Assembly (NCBI RefSeq): GCF_009914755.1
Contig: NC_060929.1
Reading direction: 5' to 3' (one strand)
Source of the DNA: the human T2T-CHM13v2.0 reference genome, Homo sapiens
Length of the DNA: 64,000 nt
The notes beneath the pieces were generated by a model that made no database searches, was not told the DNA's origin, and saw only the letters and a list, made by a program, of their open reading frames with translations. The stretch's first letter is position 1, and every line of letters starts with the position of its first letter. A program made the translations under genes and the position numbers. Shown one piece after another: positions 14,126 through 29,091 of the stretch.

Positions 14126-17100
14126 TATTCAGGAATTTGCATTAACAGACTTAAGAGCCTAGTAGATTCTTTGCTTAAATGAACTCTGTGCAGACACAGC
14201 ATTCAACATTTCTATTTTGATACTTTAAGCAGACTGCAGTGTTTGACAAGCTATTTCAGTAATATGCAATAATCTTTACAAAATAGACATAGATGTTCTG
14301 TGACCCCAAATTCTCTGAAACTCTAAACTCAATTATTGAATCTATAGTGGTGTTTCTGATCAGATTACAAGATGAAGGAAGCAATGGAACTTGGCCTAAT
14401 GTAATGAAAAATATTGCTATCTCTCCACTGATTATTTTGGATGATGGGAGAGCTGTATAGCCATTTAACTAAAGAGGAATCCTTTCAGGAACTACTCTGA
14501 AGTACTTTAAGAGATGGAGTTGCTGAAGAAAAAAGATTGAAAACAATTGGCTTAGCTGTTCAGAGCATGGCAAGAATGTAACTATAATCTGTCATTGTGT
14601 GGGCAGACAGATGGCCTGAAAATTGAATAAATTGGAAATCACTGGAAGGCAGCTATTTTGTCCTTGAGTGCATTAGGTATCTTGGAAAAATGTTATTAAA
14701 TGGTGAACAATTGCTATCGAAAAGTTTCTAGTTGTTTGGAACATAGAGTTACATAAAGTCAAGATTCTATTATTATTCTAATAATAGATAAAATCCGAAT
14801 GTAAAGAAAATGTTTCCTATGAACTATGTAATTTAATTCTTATCAGAGCAATACTTTAAACAATTATTTGATTAGCCTGTGTTTGTGAATGTATATAAAG
14901 TAAGCAATAACCTTATTTTCTCCTCTTTGTAATTTAATTCATTAGAAATTGAGAATCTCAGACTTCTCTCCAGCCCTATTAAATCTGCATCTTCATTTCC
15001 AGGTCACTCATACACTGTTTAACTTTGAGAAGCACTGTTGTATATTGTCTTGAGAGTCCACACTATGAAATAAATTGGCCCTTATTTACTCCTCAATTGA
15101 AATTCTTCAGACTTTCTTAAAGTTTCTAATTCTAAATAAGTCCCAGTTAGTGGAAATGAACTGAATTTAGTTTAATTTTTTTTATCATGCATTGCTGTCC
15201 AAAAGAAGAAAGCTTATTTCTGCCAACTTCTTCTTATCCTCAACTTCCAACCACTGTCACGTCTGTCTTCTTTCTTTTTAATATTTTCAGGTGAATTAGA
15301 GGTTTGTCAACCGCAAGAATGAAATATATGGTTTATGGCCTATTTTTATGTAACTGGTCATTCTGAGATCTGGAAAACACTACCTGTGTTTATCTGCAAC
15401 TAAAATCTAGACACCTGAGCCTACACTGCATAGCGAAACAGGTCACTAGAAAAACACAAGCAATTTAGAAAGGCTTTTAATATTGAACAGTTGCATTTTG
15501 TTTCTATTCATGTCTATCGCTTTCTCTTTTTTATTCTAAATTGCTTTATTATATTCTATATTTAATATTCTATCATTAACATGTCAATAACAGTCAATAA
15601 TAATTGAGGACTCAGGTTTTGTCAATACACTGATTTATAATTAGTACAATATGTTATGAGTTTCCTTCGCACATTAATATTATCAGCTCTTCATTTTTTG
15701 TTGTTCACAATATATCTTCAACTACCTTTTTATTTTTAGGCAATGTACATATTACAATTTAAGAATAACATCTTCTTTGTTAAATATTTATTTCCACCCC
15801 TTTTCAGAAAATTAGATGGTTTACATTTATTGTTAGAAATAATATAAAGCTTTTCTGGTTTTGTGCTTCTAAATAATATTATTAATATATTCTTTTGTAA
15901 TTACAAAAGCTCCTTGTTTTTGTTTTGTAATTCCTTTCTCAATAAAATAGAGCTGCAAATATTTTGTTCCTTTAAATATTTCAAATAAATAATTTTCATT
16001 TATAATAAAAAATATAAAATATGCCAAAGAATTTATTATTTCAAAAAATATGTCATTCACCAATTTGCTTTTAGATTTGTGAATACAGTCTCATTTTATT
16101 TTAATACTTTAATCATAGATCTTAACTTTTTTATAATTAATTTTAATTTGTATTTAACATGGTAATAATATTTTTACTTAATTTTATATTGTTGGGTTAG
16201 TAGTCACTGTTAGTACACATAACTATTTTACTTTTTCAACATGTAATTTTCATTAATCTTATTCAGATAAAGTTCATTTTCACTATTTTTCTTCAATTGG
16301 AAATATTTCATATTTTAAAGACTTCCATTCCTAACAAATGTGGAATACAACATTTTTAGCTCAAAATATTTTTCAAAACAAAACAGAATTTTTCCAGTCT
16401 TCACATATAAAACTAAAGCAACAAGCTCAAGTCTATCCAGACATTTTATACTTCAGAAACGAAAATACTAATCTTACGTGTTTATGGCGGATGTTTTTCT
16501 TATAATTTTAGTTAAAAAATATTTGTAGAAGGTTTTTATAGTAATATAGTCAGAAAATTAGTCTGCATTTTTACCTACAAATTAAGCAGTATTTTAAAAA
16601 TTAGCTCAGGAAATTTTATTTTATATTGTATTTTAGTCTGCATTTGAATGATATTTAAATTCTTAGATTTTCACTTTAGATGTGGGAACTCCGGTGCTTA
16701 ATTCTATCCTCTTTAATTTTATATCTGTGATTTCTTCTGCTTTGTTTTCAGTTCTATTTTTTTCCTGCACTGCAAAAGAGTTTCTAAAGATTGTATTTAA
16801 TATTACAAGCTTCATTTAGTGCTCTATCATTTGGCATTTACATTTTTACATAGTTTTAAAATTATATATATTTCTTTGTATTTTTTATCTAATTTTATAC
16901 AATTTTAAAAATCATGCACCTCTAATATCTATTGACTAGGTTTAGCTTTCATTTCAGAGATAACATTAATAGTGAAAAATATTATCTTAAATGCAAAGAT
17001 ATTCATTATTTAAAAATTGATCAATGACATTCACTAAATTATCACAGGGACGAAAACATAAAATGATCATCTGTAGAGATGCAGAAAAATAATTTGACAA

Positions 17101-17468
17101 AATTCAGCACTGATTTATAAGAATTATCAGCAAAATAAGAACAGAAATGAAAATTGACCAACAACCAGAAATGACAGCAACAACAAAATACCAAGTCAGT
17201 AAAGATGGAGAGAAATAGGGAAGCAGTGAAGGTAGATGTCATTTCTGTTTTTAGTGGTGGAGTACAAGGTGTTCTTGTGCTTGAAGGTCATGTTCTTGTG
17301 ATAAAACGCACTGCAGAGACAACACAGTTTAATTGGCTGAGGCAGGTGACTCCCTTTAAGCATCAGGGTGGAACAAACTACATGACAAAATGTAATTTTA
17401 AAGACCACTCTCATTCAAATGTAATAATATCAAAGCACCCTTAACTCATTAATGAGTGAAACAATGAG

Positions 17469-17950
17469 TGTCATGGTCTGAACTGTGTTCCCCTCCCCAA
17501 ACCCGTATGTTCAAGCCCTAACCCCTAGTTATACACATAAGGTAAATGAAACCTCATTTGGACACAAAGTTTTTGCAGATGTAATCAAGCTAAAATTATG
17601 TCTGTAGGTGGGACTTAAAATAACATGGGTTGTCTTTATAAGAAGAGGGAACAGAAACAGATAGGATGTGGAGAGGACCATGTGAAGAGAGAAGCTGAGA
17701 CTGAAAAGGATTTATGTATTAATATTGACAGAAGCCAAGGAACACCATCTGAAGTTCTGATGGCAACATCAGAAGCTAAGAGAAAGGCATGGAAAAGATT
17801 CTCACCTAGAGCATCCAGAGGAGAGGTTGGTCCTGCAGACACCTTGTTTTCTGACCTCTGACCTCCGCAACTGTGAGGGAAGAAATTTCTGTTGCTTAAA
17901 GACACACAGCTTGTGGTACTTCATTATAGCAGCCCAAGGTAACTAATATA
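17469..17950 (+). mobile_element. MLT1C-like MaLR solo LTR
   Basis: TGTCATGGTCTGAACTGTGTTCCC start, GCAGATGTAATCAAG, AACTGTGAG...AATTTCTGTTG, TAGCAGCCCAAGGTAACTAATA end. Confidence 0.8.
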
Positions 17951-18473
17951 GATGACAAAATTGGTTCCAAGGGTGTTTGAGGAACTGGACCTTTATAGGC
18001 ATTATTTTCATAATACTGCATTAAGCTATGATAACTGGACTAGATTCAAAATTGGATAATGCCCTAAATGCAATAAAGCTATAATTTTGAGATAAAATTT
18101 TAATAGCTTTATGAGATATAATTAACATCTGGTATACTGCACATTTTTGAGGTGTGAAATTTTTAAACATTAACATACGTATATACTTGTAAAACCATCA
18201 CACTAGAAAGAGATCTCAAGCCTCTTCTTTTGACTTTCAACACATTGTCAATCCAGTACTAATCTGGTTTTATTACCATATATTAGCTTTTATTTTCTAC
18301 AATTATATATCAGTAGAATTATAGAGTATGAATTCTTTTTGTCTTTTTTCCTTAAGCATAATATTTTTGAGATTCAACAATTTCTTGCATGTTGAAGTAG
18401 CACCTTTTTTTATTGTTACGTATTATTTCATTTCATAGACATACCACTATAATTTATTTACTAAACTCTTGAC

Positions 18474-18663
18474 CAGAGGTTCTCAAATGAGGGACATTTT
18501 ACCTGCCGGGGACATTTCCAATGTTTGGGGACACTTTTGGTTATCAGAGGTTTGTGGAGGAGGGGATAGAGTGTCCACAGGCCAGGGTTCCACAAAGGAT
18601 AGCTCCCCACAACAAAGAATTAAGCCACTTCAACAGCTAATAGTGCTGAACTTGAGAACGCCG
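18474..18663 (+). mobile_element. MER20 (hAT-Charlie)
   Basis: CAGAGGTTCTCAA...TTGAGAAC ends, CCCCACAACAAAGAATTA core; degenerate 8-bp TSD CTCTTGAC/CTCTTGGT. Confidence 0.8.
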
Positions 18664-19791
18664 CTCTTGGTGGACAGTTGCATGGTGTCTGTTTTTGACA
18701 ATAATGAATAAAGGTACTTGTGCAAGCCTTTTTACAGACTTATGCTTTTCTCCCCCCTAGGATAAATGCCTAGGGGTAGAATTGGTACATGTAAGGTAGA
18801 TTTAGTTATCCAAAGTAGCTGTACTGTGTTACACTCCCACCGTCGATGTATGCAAACTCTAGAGTCTGGTTTCTTGACATCTATGCCAAATATTGGTAAC
18901 ACAATTTTTAAAATAGTAGCTTTTCTAGTAGATGTGTATAATTATCTCATTTTATTTTTTATTACTAACGATATTAAGAAATTTTTCATTTGCTTATTTG
19001 CTATTATATCATTTTTGTGTAGCATCTGTTAGTTTTTATAGCTCTCTTGTTTCTATGTTGTACATTATATTTATATATTCTTGCTCTTATTCATAATAAA
19101 TAGTATATATAATTGTGTAATTAAAAATAAACATTAAAGTATAAATATATTTACACATTTCTGTAGTTTATCATTATATAATTATTGCTTTCTGAATAAA
19201 AAGAAATGTATCCACAGTTTGGATAAAAAGAAGTGCTTTCATGTAGTTTACTAAGACATTTTCTGTGCTTTATATTTGAAGCCTATGCTTTCACTTTTAC
19301 ACATTGTTCCATAATATATTTTGGACTCCTTTAATTTTGAACTCATTCACGCTTTTGTTGTGAGGAAGGACTTGAGGTTTGTTTTCTTCACATTTATCTC
19401 GTAGTTCTGCACACTTTGTTAAATAAAATTATCTTTCCCCTTTGAATAACTGCAGTATCTTTGATATTATATTATTCATATAAGCATGGATCTATTTGTG
19501 AACTCTATTCCATTCCATTACTCTAATTGTTTATCCATCTACTAATAACACATTCTCTCGATGACTATAGCTTTAAGTTATTGCATGGTGTTAGGAAGTG
19601 TGAGTATTCCAACTTTTTTTTCAGCTTTCTATCATTTGTTTTTGCTCTCTTGATGTACATTTTTAAATCAGTGTGTCAATTTATATAAAAATATCTTTTG
19701 TGATTATGGTGAGGATTTCTAGAATGATTAATTTGGAAAAACCAAAACCTTTTACACACTAAAATTCACTGAACTTTCAAGCCATGATTAT

Positions 19792-20212
19792 TGTATTAGT
19801 TTGTTCCGGCATTGCTATAGAGAAATACAGAAGATTCGACAATTTATGAAGAAAAGAGGTTTAATTGCCCCACTGTTCTGCAGGCTATACAGGAAGGATG
19901 ATGCTGGCATCTACTTAGCTTCTGGGAAGACTCAGGAAACGCACAATCATGGCAGAAAGCAAAGGGGGACAGGCACGTCACATGGCCAGAACAGCAAGAG
20001 AGTGAAAGGGGAAGCTGCTACACACTTTTAAATGACCAGATCTCATGAGAACTCACTCACTCACTATTATGAGAACAGTATCAAGAGGGATGATGCTGAA
20101 CCACTCATGAGAAATCCACCCCATGATCCAATCACCTCCCATCAGGCCTCACCTCTAACATTGGAGATTACATCATACCAGATTTGGGCAGGGACACACA
20201 TCAAAACCATCA
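19792..20212 (-). mobile_element. MSTA MaLR solo LTR
   Basis: TGTATTAGT...AAAACCATCA ends, GATGCTGGCATCT motif; perfect 5-bp TSD ATTAT (19787-19791, 20213-20217). Confidence 0.88.
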
Positions 20213-21633
20213 ATTATTGTATGCGACTCCATTTATTTAGAACTTTCCTACATCTCCCAACACTTTTGCTAGTTTCCTATTTAGAGAGATCTTGCATGTA
20301 ATTTGTTAAAATCATATATACATATTTTATTTTTATTAGTATTTTACATGGATTTGATTTTTATCATTAATTGCTCATTGGAAATATATAGAAATAAGTT
20401 AATGGGTTGACTTATTTTTTCTATGATGTGGCTAAAATTACTAGTTTATTCCAGCAGCTGATTTTTACAGTCACTAGAAGTTTATGTGTAGGTAATGGAG
20501 TTGTTTAAAAATTTAGAATTGTATTTTTCATTTCTTAACTGTGTATGTTTTACTTATTTATTTGATTTGTCTCACTGGTTAATTCCTCCCATACAGTAGA
20601 GAGAACAATAGTGAAAGAGGACACTTTGTCTTCTTCTGGATCTTAAATGAATAATTTATTAGTTCAAACTTCAGTGTGATATTTCCGTAGATGCCTTCTA
20701 TTTGCTTAAGGATGCTTCTTTGTATTCTATTGGGGCGAGATATTTTTATTATAATTCTATCTTGAAAATGCCAAATGTTTTTTCTGCCTCAGAGGAAGTT
20801 TATATATTTTTTTCATTTTACTCAGTTAATGTGGTGAGTTTGAAAATTCAAATACTTGAAAAATCACGTTCCCATCAAACACTGCTTCTTACTGTGCCTT
20901 TCTAAGAGGACTACCTTCAACTTGGGCATTTAGAGGATACTTCCCTTCCTATAGCTCAGGGTTTTTTTGTATTTTTTTTATGTTTAAATTTTAGTGATAT
21001 TTCTTTTATGTGTTTTTAAAATATTTTATGGGCTACTGCATTGACCCATTTGTTTCAACTTTACAGCTCTAGTTAAATATAAAAATTAATAAAATGTCAA
21101 CACTCAAGTATTACATATATCCCTTGATCTGGTGATTTAGGACTATGAGAAAAATGCTCAATTTCCCTCGATAGAAGGAAGTATGAACTTTTTTATTTAT
21201 TTATTACTGTAGTCTCACAGCCTAAAAATCAGTAGGTCTCCACTGGTCAGCAAGCAAATGATCATGATTGTTTTTCTGAATTTTTGACAATTTCAGAATA
21301 GGCAAGAAAGCTAAGTTTTAAAAATAAAATGCCAACATCAAGAATTTAAAATCAAATTCGTCACAGTGAATCCCAACAGGAAATAGTTCTTCATTTTATG
21401 ATTACTCAGAGATTTTGCTTGTTGTAGTGGTCTTCCTTCTGGCTCATAATTTTTTGCTACTCTGCAGCAGAAATAATAAGAAATATTTTCCCAGTCCACA
21501 GCGGTGAAGGAGAAGAAAACTATAAATCAAAAGTAGCATATTCTGTGGATCATTTATTGAAATAAACACAGTGAGTACAAGATGGGTAATCTATTTGCAT
21601 AATCAAAGACACCCTTCATCTGTGTCTATTTTT

Positions 21634-21634
21634 C

Positions 21635-21668
<34 letters not shown>

Positions 21669-21950
21669 TGAGACAGAGTCTCACTCTGTTACCCAGGTTG
21701 GAGTGCAGTGGCATGATCTTGTCTCACTGCAGACTCCGCCTCTCGGGTTCCAGCAATCTTCCTGCCACAGCTTCCTGAGTAGCTGGCATTACAAGGTATG
21801 GGCCACCATGCCCGGCTAATTTTTGTATTTTTATTAGAGATGGGGTTTCGCTATGTTGGCCAGACTGGTCTTGAACTCCTGGCCTCAAGTGATCTGCCCG
21901 CCTCAGCCTACCAAAGTGCTGGGTTACAGGCATGAGCGACTTGCCTGGCT
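21634..21950 (-). mobile_element. AluS (Sz-like)
   Basis: Full dimer; TSD TGTCTATTTTT at 21623-21633 and 21952-21962. Confidence 0.92.
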
Positions 21951-22246
21951 ATGTCTATTTTTAACATAGTTATAGTGAACTATAATTATTTTTACATAAA
22001 AACTATTCTTACAAATGTTATATGTATTTTAAGAGCATACAAACTTACAGGTTTTTTTATTTAATAAAAACCAGTGGCAGATTGATAATGCAGAATATAT
22101 TATTTGTAAAAAATCATTTGTTGTCATACAAACATATATTTTATTTGAAAATTATACTTTTGAATAGCTTTTTGGAAAGTTAAAGTATTCTCATTTATTG
22201 CATACATTTGTCACCAAAATTATACGAAAGAGTGTTTGATTCAAAA

Positions 22247-22358
22247 TGTGTGTGTGTGTGTGTGTGTTCCTATATAGGACCCAGATAACACATATATATT
22301 AAATAAATAAATACATGTATATATATATATCATGCACACACATTTAAATATAATGTAA

Positions 22359-22407
<49 letters not shown>
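22247..22407. repeat. two (TG)n tracts with a TA-rich spacer
   Basis: Direct reading. Confidence 0.9.
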
Positions 22408-22979
22408 CAGATGCCCCTCTGGAAACAAATTTAAAAAGAATCCCCTCTTTTGAGTGTATAAAGAAGTTCCTTTCTTAAGGAATGGATAACAGGGGTTGGT
22501 ACTTTGGCTGAATTCCTCTTCCTCTTACTTTCATTAGACTTGGCACTGTTGCATAGAACACAATTTTCCAAAATGTAATGTCTGTGTTATGCCTACAAAT
22601 GTACCATACATAACAATTTGTCATTTTCTGTAATTACATACTGACCTATTTAACATTTATCTAACCACTTATATATCTTAATCAAAATAAATCAACCCAT
22701 GTAAATTGTTTATTTCTATTGTCTTTCTCAGTATAATGCACAAGATACCTTTCTATCTCTATATGTATTTGTCATTTTCATGTCTGTCCCTACATGAGTT
22801 GACTCTATTTTTCTGTTACATAGATATGTGATGTTAGTACAATATATGTTAACTAAAAATGGATGATGCAACCTTTTAAAATTATGACCATCGCAGTGAA
22901 AATTATGTCTCTAAAATATCAGGGGCTTAGGTATTTTCAGATTAAATTAGGAAAAATAGAGTATCTTTCCATTTATTTA

Positions 22980-24660
22980 TGTGGGCAAATTTCCCATTTG
23001 TTCACATTAAATCTTTTAATGGCATATTGCCTAAATCTTTCTCAGAAAAGCTTAGCCAAATTGCCTAGGATGTTTCCTTTCTCCCATATTACCATCACTG
23101 TATACCATCATATTTCTAATAATTTTAATTTTGGAACATGAAAATGGTATTTCAATTTAAATGCGTATGTTTTTCTATTTGCAAAGAGATTAAACATCTC
23201 TTCAAGTTTTTAAACTATATGCAGCCCTTCTTTTCTGCTATACCTGTTCATTTCCTCAAGCTATTTTTCCATCAGACAGTTTCATGTTTTCTCATTGATT
23301 TGAAGCTTCTATTAAAGTATTGTATACACATGGGTAAATGCACATAAGTTTAAAGCTTAGTGAGTTTTAAAATACTATGATCATCCAGAATAAGAAAATG
23401 TAATAGTCACACACCTGATTTCCACCCATCCCTCCTAACATAACACTATTCTAACTTTTACCAGTAAGGAATCAAATAGTGTGTGTAGTGTTTTGAACCA
23501 CATTTTTTTGCTTAATATTATATTTGTGAGACGAATTGACTATATGACCTGCAAATGAAACTATTTATATTTATTTCTCTAATATTTTATTAGGTGATCA
23601 TATTACAACTTATTTGTTTACTGTACTCTTTATAAGTATTTTAGTCCACTTTTGGGCCACAGTTTGGGGTTATTTTGGTGTTATTCTGAAAAGTGTTTTC
23701 ATGAGTACACATTTTTTTTAGCTATATATATGCATGCATTTCTGGAGAAACCATCTTTACAAGTAGAATTTTGGGGCCTAATACATATCTTTATCCAAAT
23801 TATTTGAACTAAGTTATGCCAATAACATCAATTTGAGTGTTCTAATTAGTCAACATTCTCATCAATACTTTGCACTTTCTCTTCAACTTAGAATTCTAAA
23901 ATATTCCTTTCAAATTCAGGATTCTGAATGACAAGTACTTACATCTCATTGTGGTTTGAATTATTTTTTCAGGTAACCAATATAAATAAAAACCTTTTAA
24001 TAAGTTCATTGGTTATTTGAATATTTTATTTTTGAAGTGTCTAAAATATTTTCTTTCTAATCCAGTCCAGTTATTTTTCTGTGGTTTGCTTCTTGTTGTC
24101 TTATTGAGTTCATTGCCTTTTTAATATTCTTTTCCGGTTAACATTTCCCCCTCATTGATCTGAAATGTTTTCATTATATACCACCTTTCCATATCTGTCA
24201 ATGTCTTGATTTTCTATATGATCTTCATCTATCTGTAGTTATAACTCATTTTAATCATAGAAGCTTTAAGAATTGCTTAATATTTTGTATTGACTCCAAA
24301 TTCCATTGATTTTATAGGATATTTCTAGCTATTCTTGCTTCTTTATTCCTCCAAGTAAATTTGTCTATTTTTCTAAATCTGGAAAAAGAAATTCTAGAAA
24401 ATGTCGTTTTGTTATGACACAGAAGATATAAGTTTATTTAAAGAACTGGCACATTTATGATTTTAAGGCTTTTTCAAGAGCATGGAATTTCTTTCCCCGT
24501 GCTCAAGTCCAAATTTGTGCCATTCAGAAGTGTTTTCTAGTTTTTTTTATATATAGGTTTTAAACATTTCTGGTTAAGTTTATGCCCTCACATTTTATTT
24601 TAGTTTGGTTAATGACGTTTTACATGTGTGAGTTCCCTCAATTATTTCTTTTAAATGTTC
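22980..24660 (-). mobile_element. ancient L1ME-like fragments
   Basis: Motifs such as ACATCTCATTGTGGTTTGAATT and GAGTACACATTT typical of antisense old L1; boundaries approximate. Confidence 0.45.
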
Positions 24661-26584
24661 TGATTCAATAGGAACACTCTCCTTAGTATCCTTAACAGAA
24701 ATGATTCTTGTTTATAGAATTGCTAAATAAGTAAAGAAATTTTAAGTTAAATCATGGCAAGGAGTTATAATTATACTAAGCTTTTTTGTTCCTAGAGGTT
24801 TTGGCTCACTCATATGGTAATCTATATGAAAATTTTTCTGTGATATCTAATATTAGAAAGATCCTCAGTGATAGAATAGTGTTTCTTCCTAGCTGATTCA
24901 TACATCTTTCTCTGCCAACATTTTGTTTGTTGAAGTGTTCCCCAACATATGACTCATTGCTTACTAAATCCCTATTGAGCAGCCAAAGCCCTGGTGACTA
25001 ATTATGTCATTAATTTGGGAAAGTCAGAGACAATAAGACTGTCAGTTGAAACTTTGTAGGAGGTAAAAAAGTCACTGCTGTCAGCTGCAAAGATCCTTAA
25101 AACGGTCTTCAGTAAAGTCAAATTTTGTGACAAGAATTATTGCATCAAAGTCGGGGAAATACCTCTTAGATCAAATAAGATACATTGAAAAGCCAAAAAT
25201 TATTTTTATCTCACTTTGGGTTCTCATAAGGTCTACCCACTGTTACTTGGATATGAGACTTAACAAATGGAAAAGAAGACAGGGGTACTGTCACACTGTA
25301 TTTTCCTATGGCCTAATGACCACAATGGTTGATGAACTGCAGTAAAGTTTCTATAATATTTTCCATCTATTCATTTGCTCAATCACCTTGTAATGGTTAT
25401 GTTGGTTAATTCCAGTCTTTCATGGGTAAGCAACAAAATGAGACTTAATTTGAAATATCCAGTATTTTTCTATTCTTACAAATAATTTTCAGGATCAATG
25501 CACTGAGGATTAGGAATGGCAATGTGTATTACTACTCTGATACCAACTATATCCAATCTAATGTTGGAATTTGTTTGACAAAGTGTTGTGTATTTGAAAA
25601 CAGGCAGCACTGAATAAAAAGAATATGGGCAAAAGAAAAATGGAAGTGTTTTGAATAGAAGTCTAAAATATTTATTGATCAATGCTGAACTGAGTAAGCA
25701 GGAGATGCCTGTACATAAATGACATTATCCTGATCTAGTAACAGGGAGAAGCAGAATATCTGAAAGCTGTTTATTAATTTGATAATAATAAGATTAGAAA
25801 CATGCAAATCAAGATTAATAGTATTCACTTCTAATTGGGTTTAGGTAGACTTTGACTATTTTGCTTCTGATGTTCTTATATTTTTAATTTTCTATAATGA
25901 TCATATAACATATAATATTTTCATAATATTAAACATTTTAGAATTAAACTCCATTAGAGTGTGTCTTTCCTAAAGTAATATAAACATCCAATCTTGTCCT
26001 TAACAATTCTGTTCTCAAACATTAGCCTATTCCCTCAAGCCAGTGTTGCTTTCGACCCATATTGTCCATCATTTCAATTTATCTCAAAGTTTTTTATTGC
26101 AACAATTAAATGCTTTGAATGATACCCAAGGCATAGTTCTATTTCAACAAAATTTCAAAGTTAATAGTTACATCAAATTTTGTTGGTGCTCATTGAATTT
26201 GGTTATTAAAACCATAAGTAGTATGTTTTATGCTGACTGAGGGAGATAAAAGTAGTAATGTTTAATATTCAAACTGTGATGACTGAAAAAAAAAATGAGG
26301 CCTGTAAAATCTTATTTAATGTCAAATTTTAATTAAACAGGCTTAGCAGACCAAAATTAAAATCTCAATTATTTTTAAATTATTAATGACAGACAACTAG
26401 ATTGAGTGAACACTGGCATCTCTTTTCAAATAACTTAGTTTAGTGGATGAGTTAAACATAAACTAGTTATTATAATGCAGCGAAGTATGTGAAAAATTTA
26501 ATTTGAACCCTACTTAGCTTAAAATCCTGACATTCTAGGATGCAAGTCCTGCAAACTTTCCATATGTAATCAACAATTTTCTAA

Positions 26585-26890
26585 ACATGCATGCTGTATC
26601 TCTCCTGTGTGACTTTGCATACATCATTCCCACATTCTAGATCATCCCGACCCACCTTAAGTGACTGCTTTTGCATAATCTCCCTTAAAATTCTAACTCA
26701 AGCACTGCATCTTTTGAGTCCTTCCCTAACATCTTAACATCTTCCTTCTTTCATTCATCATTAACTATAGTTAGTTATTATAGCACCTGTTAGCACTGTA
26801 AAATTATGTGTGTTACACAAGTACAACATGCAGACTAAGGTCGTGTATTACCTAGCCTCATACCAGCGTCACCTAGAACAGCAAAAATGT
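26585..26890 (+). mobile_element. L2 remnant
   Basis: GACTTTGCATACA...CCTTCCCTAAC...TATAGCAC...CACCTAGAACAG follow L2 3' motif order. Confidence 0.45.
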
Positions 26891-27113
26891 ATGCAGATTA
26901 ATCACAATATATTTGGATGTACAAAACATATTGAGAGCAAAATATGATGGAAATTTAGGTGATGCTCTTTGAGCATTGCTTCCATTTTCCAATAATGTAA
27001 CCAGGAATCACTGTTCATGTAATTAAAGAACAATAAGTCTATGTGAATCAAAATATACATATACATGCAAATGTTAAACCTCAGTAGGAAGAGGCCCATT
27101 CTCTTGCTTGCTG

Positions 27114-27169
<56 letters not shown>

Positions 27170-27198
27170 GTATGTTGTGTGTATATGTATATACACAC
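27114..27198. repeat. (TA)n(CA)n microsatellite
   Basis: Direct reading. Confidence 0.92.
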
Positions 27199-28145
27199 AA
27201 CAATCTATAGGCTTGCCTTTTAAAATAGTATAAGCAACAAATTTTAAGAGAAACAATAATGAGTGTGTAAAACATTAGATATGTGTATGTACCTTTGCTA
27301 TTATTTGTGGAAATGGGGCTATAAAATAAGCTCCTTTATTTTCTTTTGTAAAACATTTCTTTAATATGAAGTAATGCAATACGTATTTATGTTCTAAGTG
27401 TTAATTTCCTTGGATATAAAATAATATCTTGTTCCTTTGATTCTCTTACATATAAGTGTATTTACTCAGATATTACTCCAAATACACCAGATATATTCAA
27501 AGTTGAAAAAATATATACTTTGGAATGTATTATCATCTTATGTCACATGAAGAAATCAAAATCTCTGGCATCCAAGTGCATTCCAGCCTGAAAAAAATTA
27601 TGCAATTGTGAATTTAACAGAAAGCAAATTGCTCACATATGGAGTCAACGTGAAGCTATATCAATATTTATTAAAAGTTTATATATTACTTTTGATCCCC
27701 TGGAGAGAAATACAAAATTCAAATAATTATTCTATTTTTATATCCCAATTTGTAATTATGAAACTCTAGCATTTTAATTTTTCTCTTTCAAGTTTACCTG
27801 AAGCTTCACAAAATTCTGTGAGGAATCTATTATAACAGGTATTTTGCTTATTTCCACACAAACAGAAGGAAATGTGTATTTTCTATGCCCTGAAGAATTT
27901 ACTCTTTTCTGTAAATGACATATGGTAGTTAATTCTTTTTGGTAATAAAATATTCCTGTTTTTAGGCCGAACAGCCTTTTCATTTAAATTCAGGGCAACA
28001 TATCAAAGCTTTGCCGTAATAATACAGAGTAATCGACTAAAGTAATATAGAATTTAAATAACAAAGAGTTTAAACAATTTAATATGTCTTCTATTAATTT
28101 CAAACTGAAATTTTACAGAAATTATTTGGAATATGCTGCCAGAGT

Positions 28146-28199
28146 ACACACACACACACACACACACACACATCACACGCTCACATCACACACTCACAC
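28146..28199. repeat. (CA)n microsatellite with degenerate tail
   Basis: Direct reading. Confidence 0.9.
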
Positions 28200-29091
28200 C
28201 CAGCTAAAGGAAATTACCACAGCTATAATGATTTCATTAAATATCTGAAATTAAAGTTTCTTTTGGATTTTCAGCTGAAGCTCATAGTAAATAAAAGTAA
28301 TATGATCATTGTTGCATACTGTGAATCAACAGCACCCAGAAACCTTCGACTTTCTATATTTACACAGCTTAATTATCCGAACTGAAACCTGAGGCCATCT
28401 GTGTCAACATGATTTCACAATTCATTCCAGAAAATTATTTTTCAGGAAAGTAAGGCTGCAAACCAATAAATAACTTATTGTTTGCTTCAGGAAATTTCTG
28501 CAAATCAATTTATGTCAGTAAGCAACTCTCCTCTGGGCCAACAGATTGCTCACCTGGGCAGGTAGCAGCTTGTGTCAATTAACAGTTTACTTATGAAGAC
28601 TTCTGTCATGGCCCTTAACTCACAGTGTCCCCCAATCCTAAACTCTATGTCCTGAACATTACCTATTCTTATCAGTCATTGGTCTTGAAAGGCCCCGGGC
28701 AACCATTTGAGCCCAGACTTCAATACTCTATCAATACCACCTTATCATCTACTTTTCTAACATGACCCCTCAAGGTGGTGACCCCACTTACAGTCGTCTT
28801 TTATTGAATTTAGCTTTCCCTAATCAACATGCTAGTCTATTGGATGCAGTGTCAGAGGCAAAAATCACAGAGGTTCTGAAAGCATCAGCCCATGGTTTTC
28901 TAAACATCATGGTTCAAGACCCTTAACACGAAACAGAAAGTTTCCCCGAGGCGCCGTAAACAACCCATTTGGGCGCTTCCCTGATAATTATAGTGAAATC
29001 TGGCATCTAATTTTTTTTGGTGGACTCTCAAATTTTATATTTATGTTTTGATTCCTAGAAATAAAAAATGTTTTTATAAGGAATTCTTTGA

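Larger units (their letters stand above)
18090..20850 (-). mobile_element. old L1M fragments, interrupted by MER20 and MSTA
   Basis: T-rich strand with L1 3'UTR/ORF2-like motifs (GGATAAATGCCTAGG, TTACACTCCCAC); boundaries approximate. Confidence 0.6.

Noticed and set aside
15265-15300. Acceptor-like TTTCTTTTTAATATTTTCAG|G (another near 12763)
   Set aside because: No convincing paired donor; such signals are common in T-rich DNA.
17255-17440. GC-richer patch with inverted CCAAT and E-box
   Set aside because: I cannot assign it to a promoter, RNA gene or repeat family from sequence alone.
26902-27275. CVCV/YIYI ORFs (similar ones at 3182-3595, 32496-32868, 58584-59021)
   Set aside because: Translations of microsatellites.
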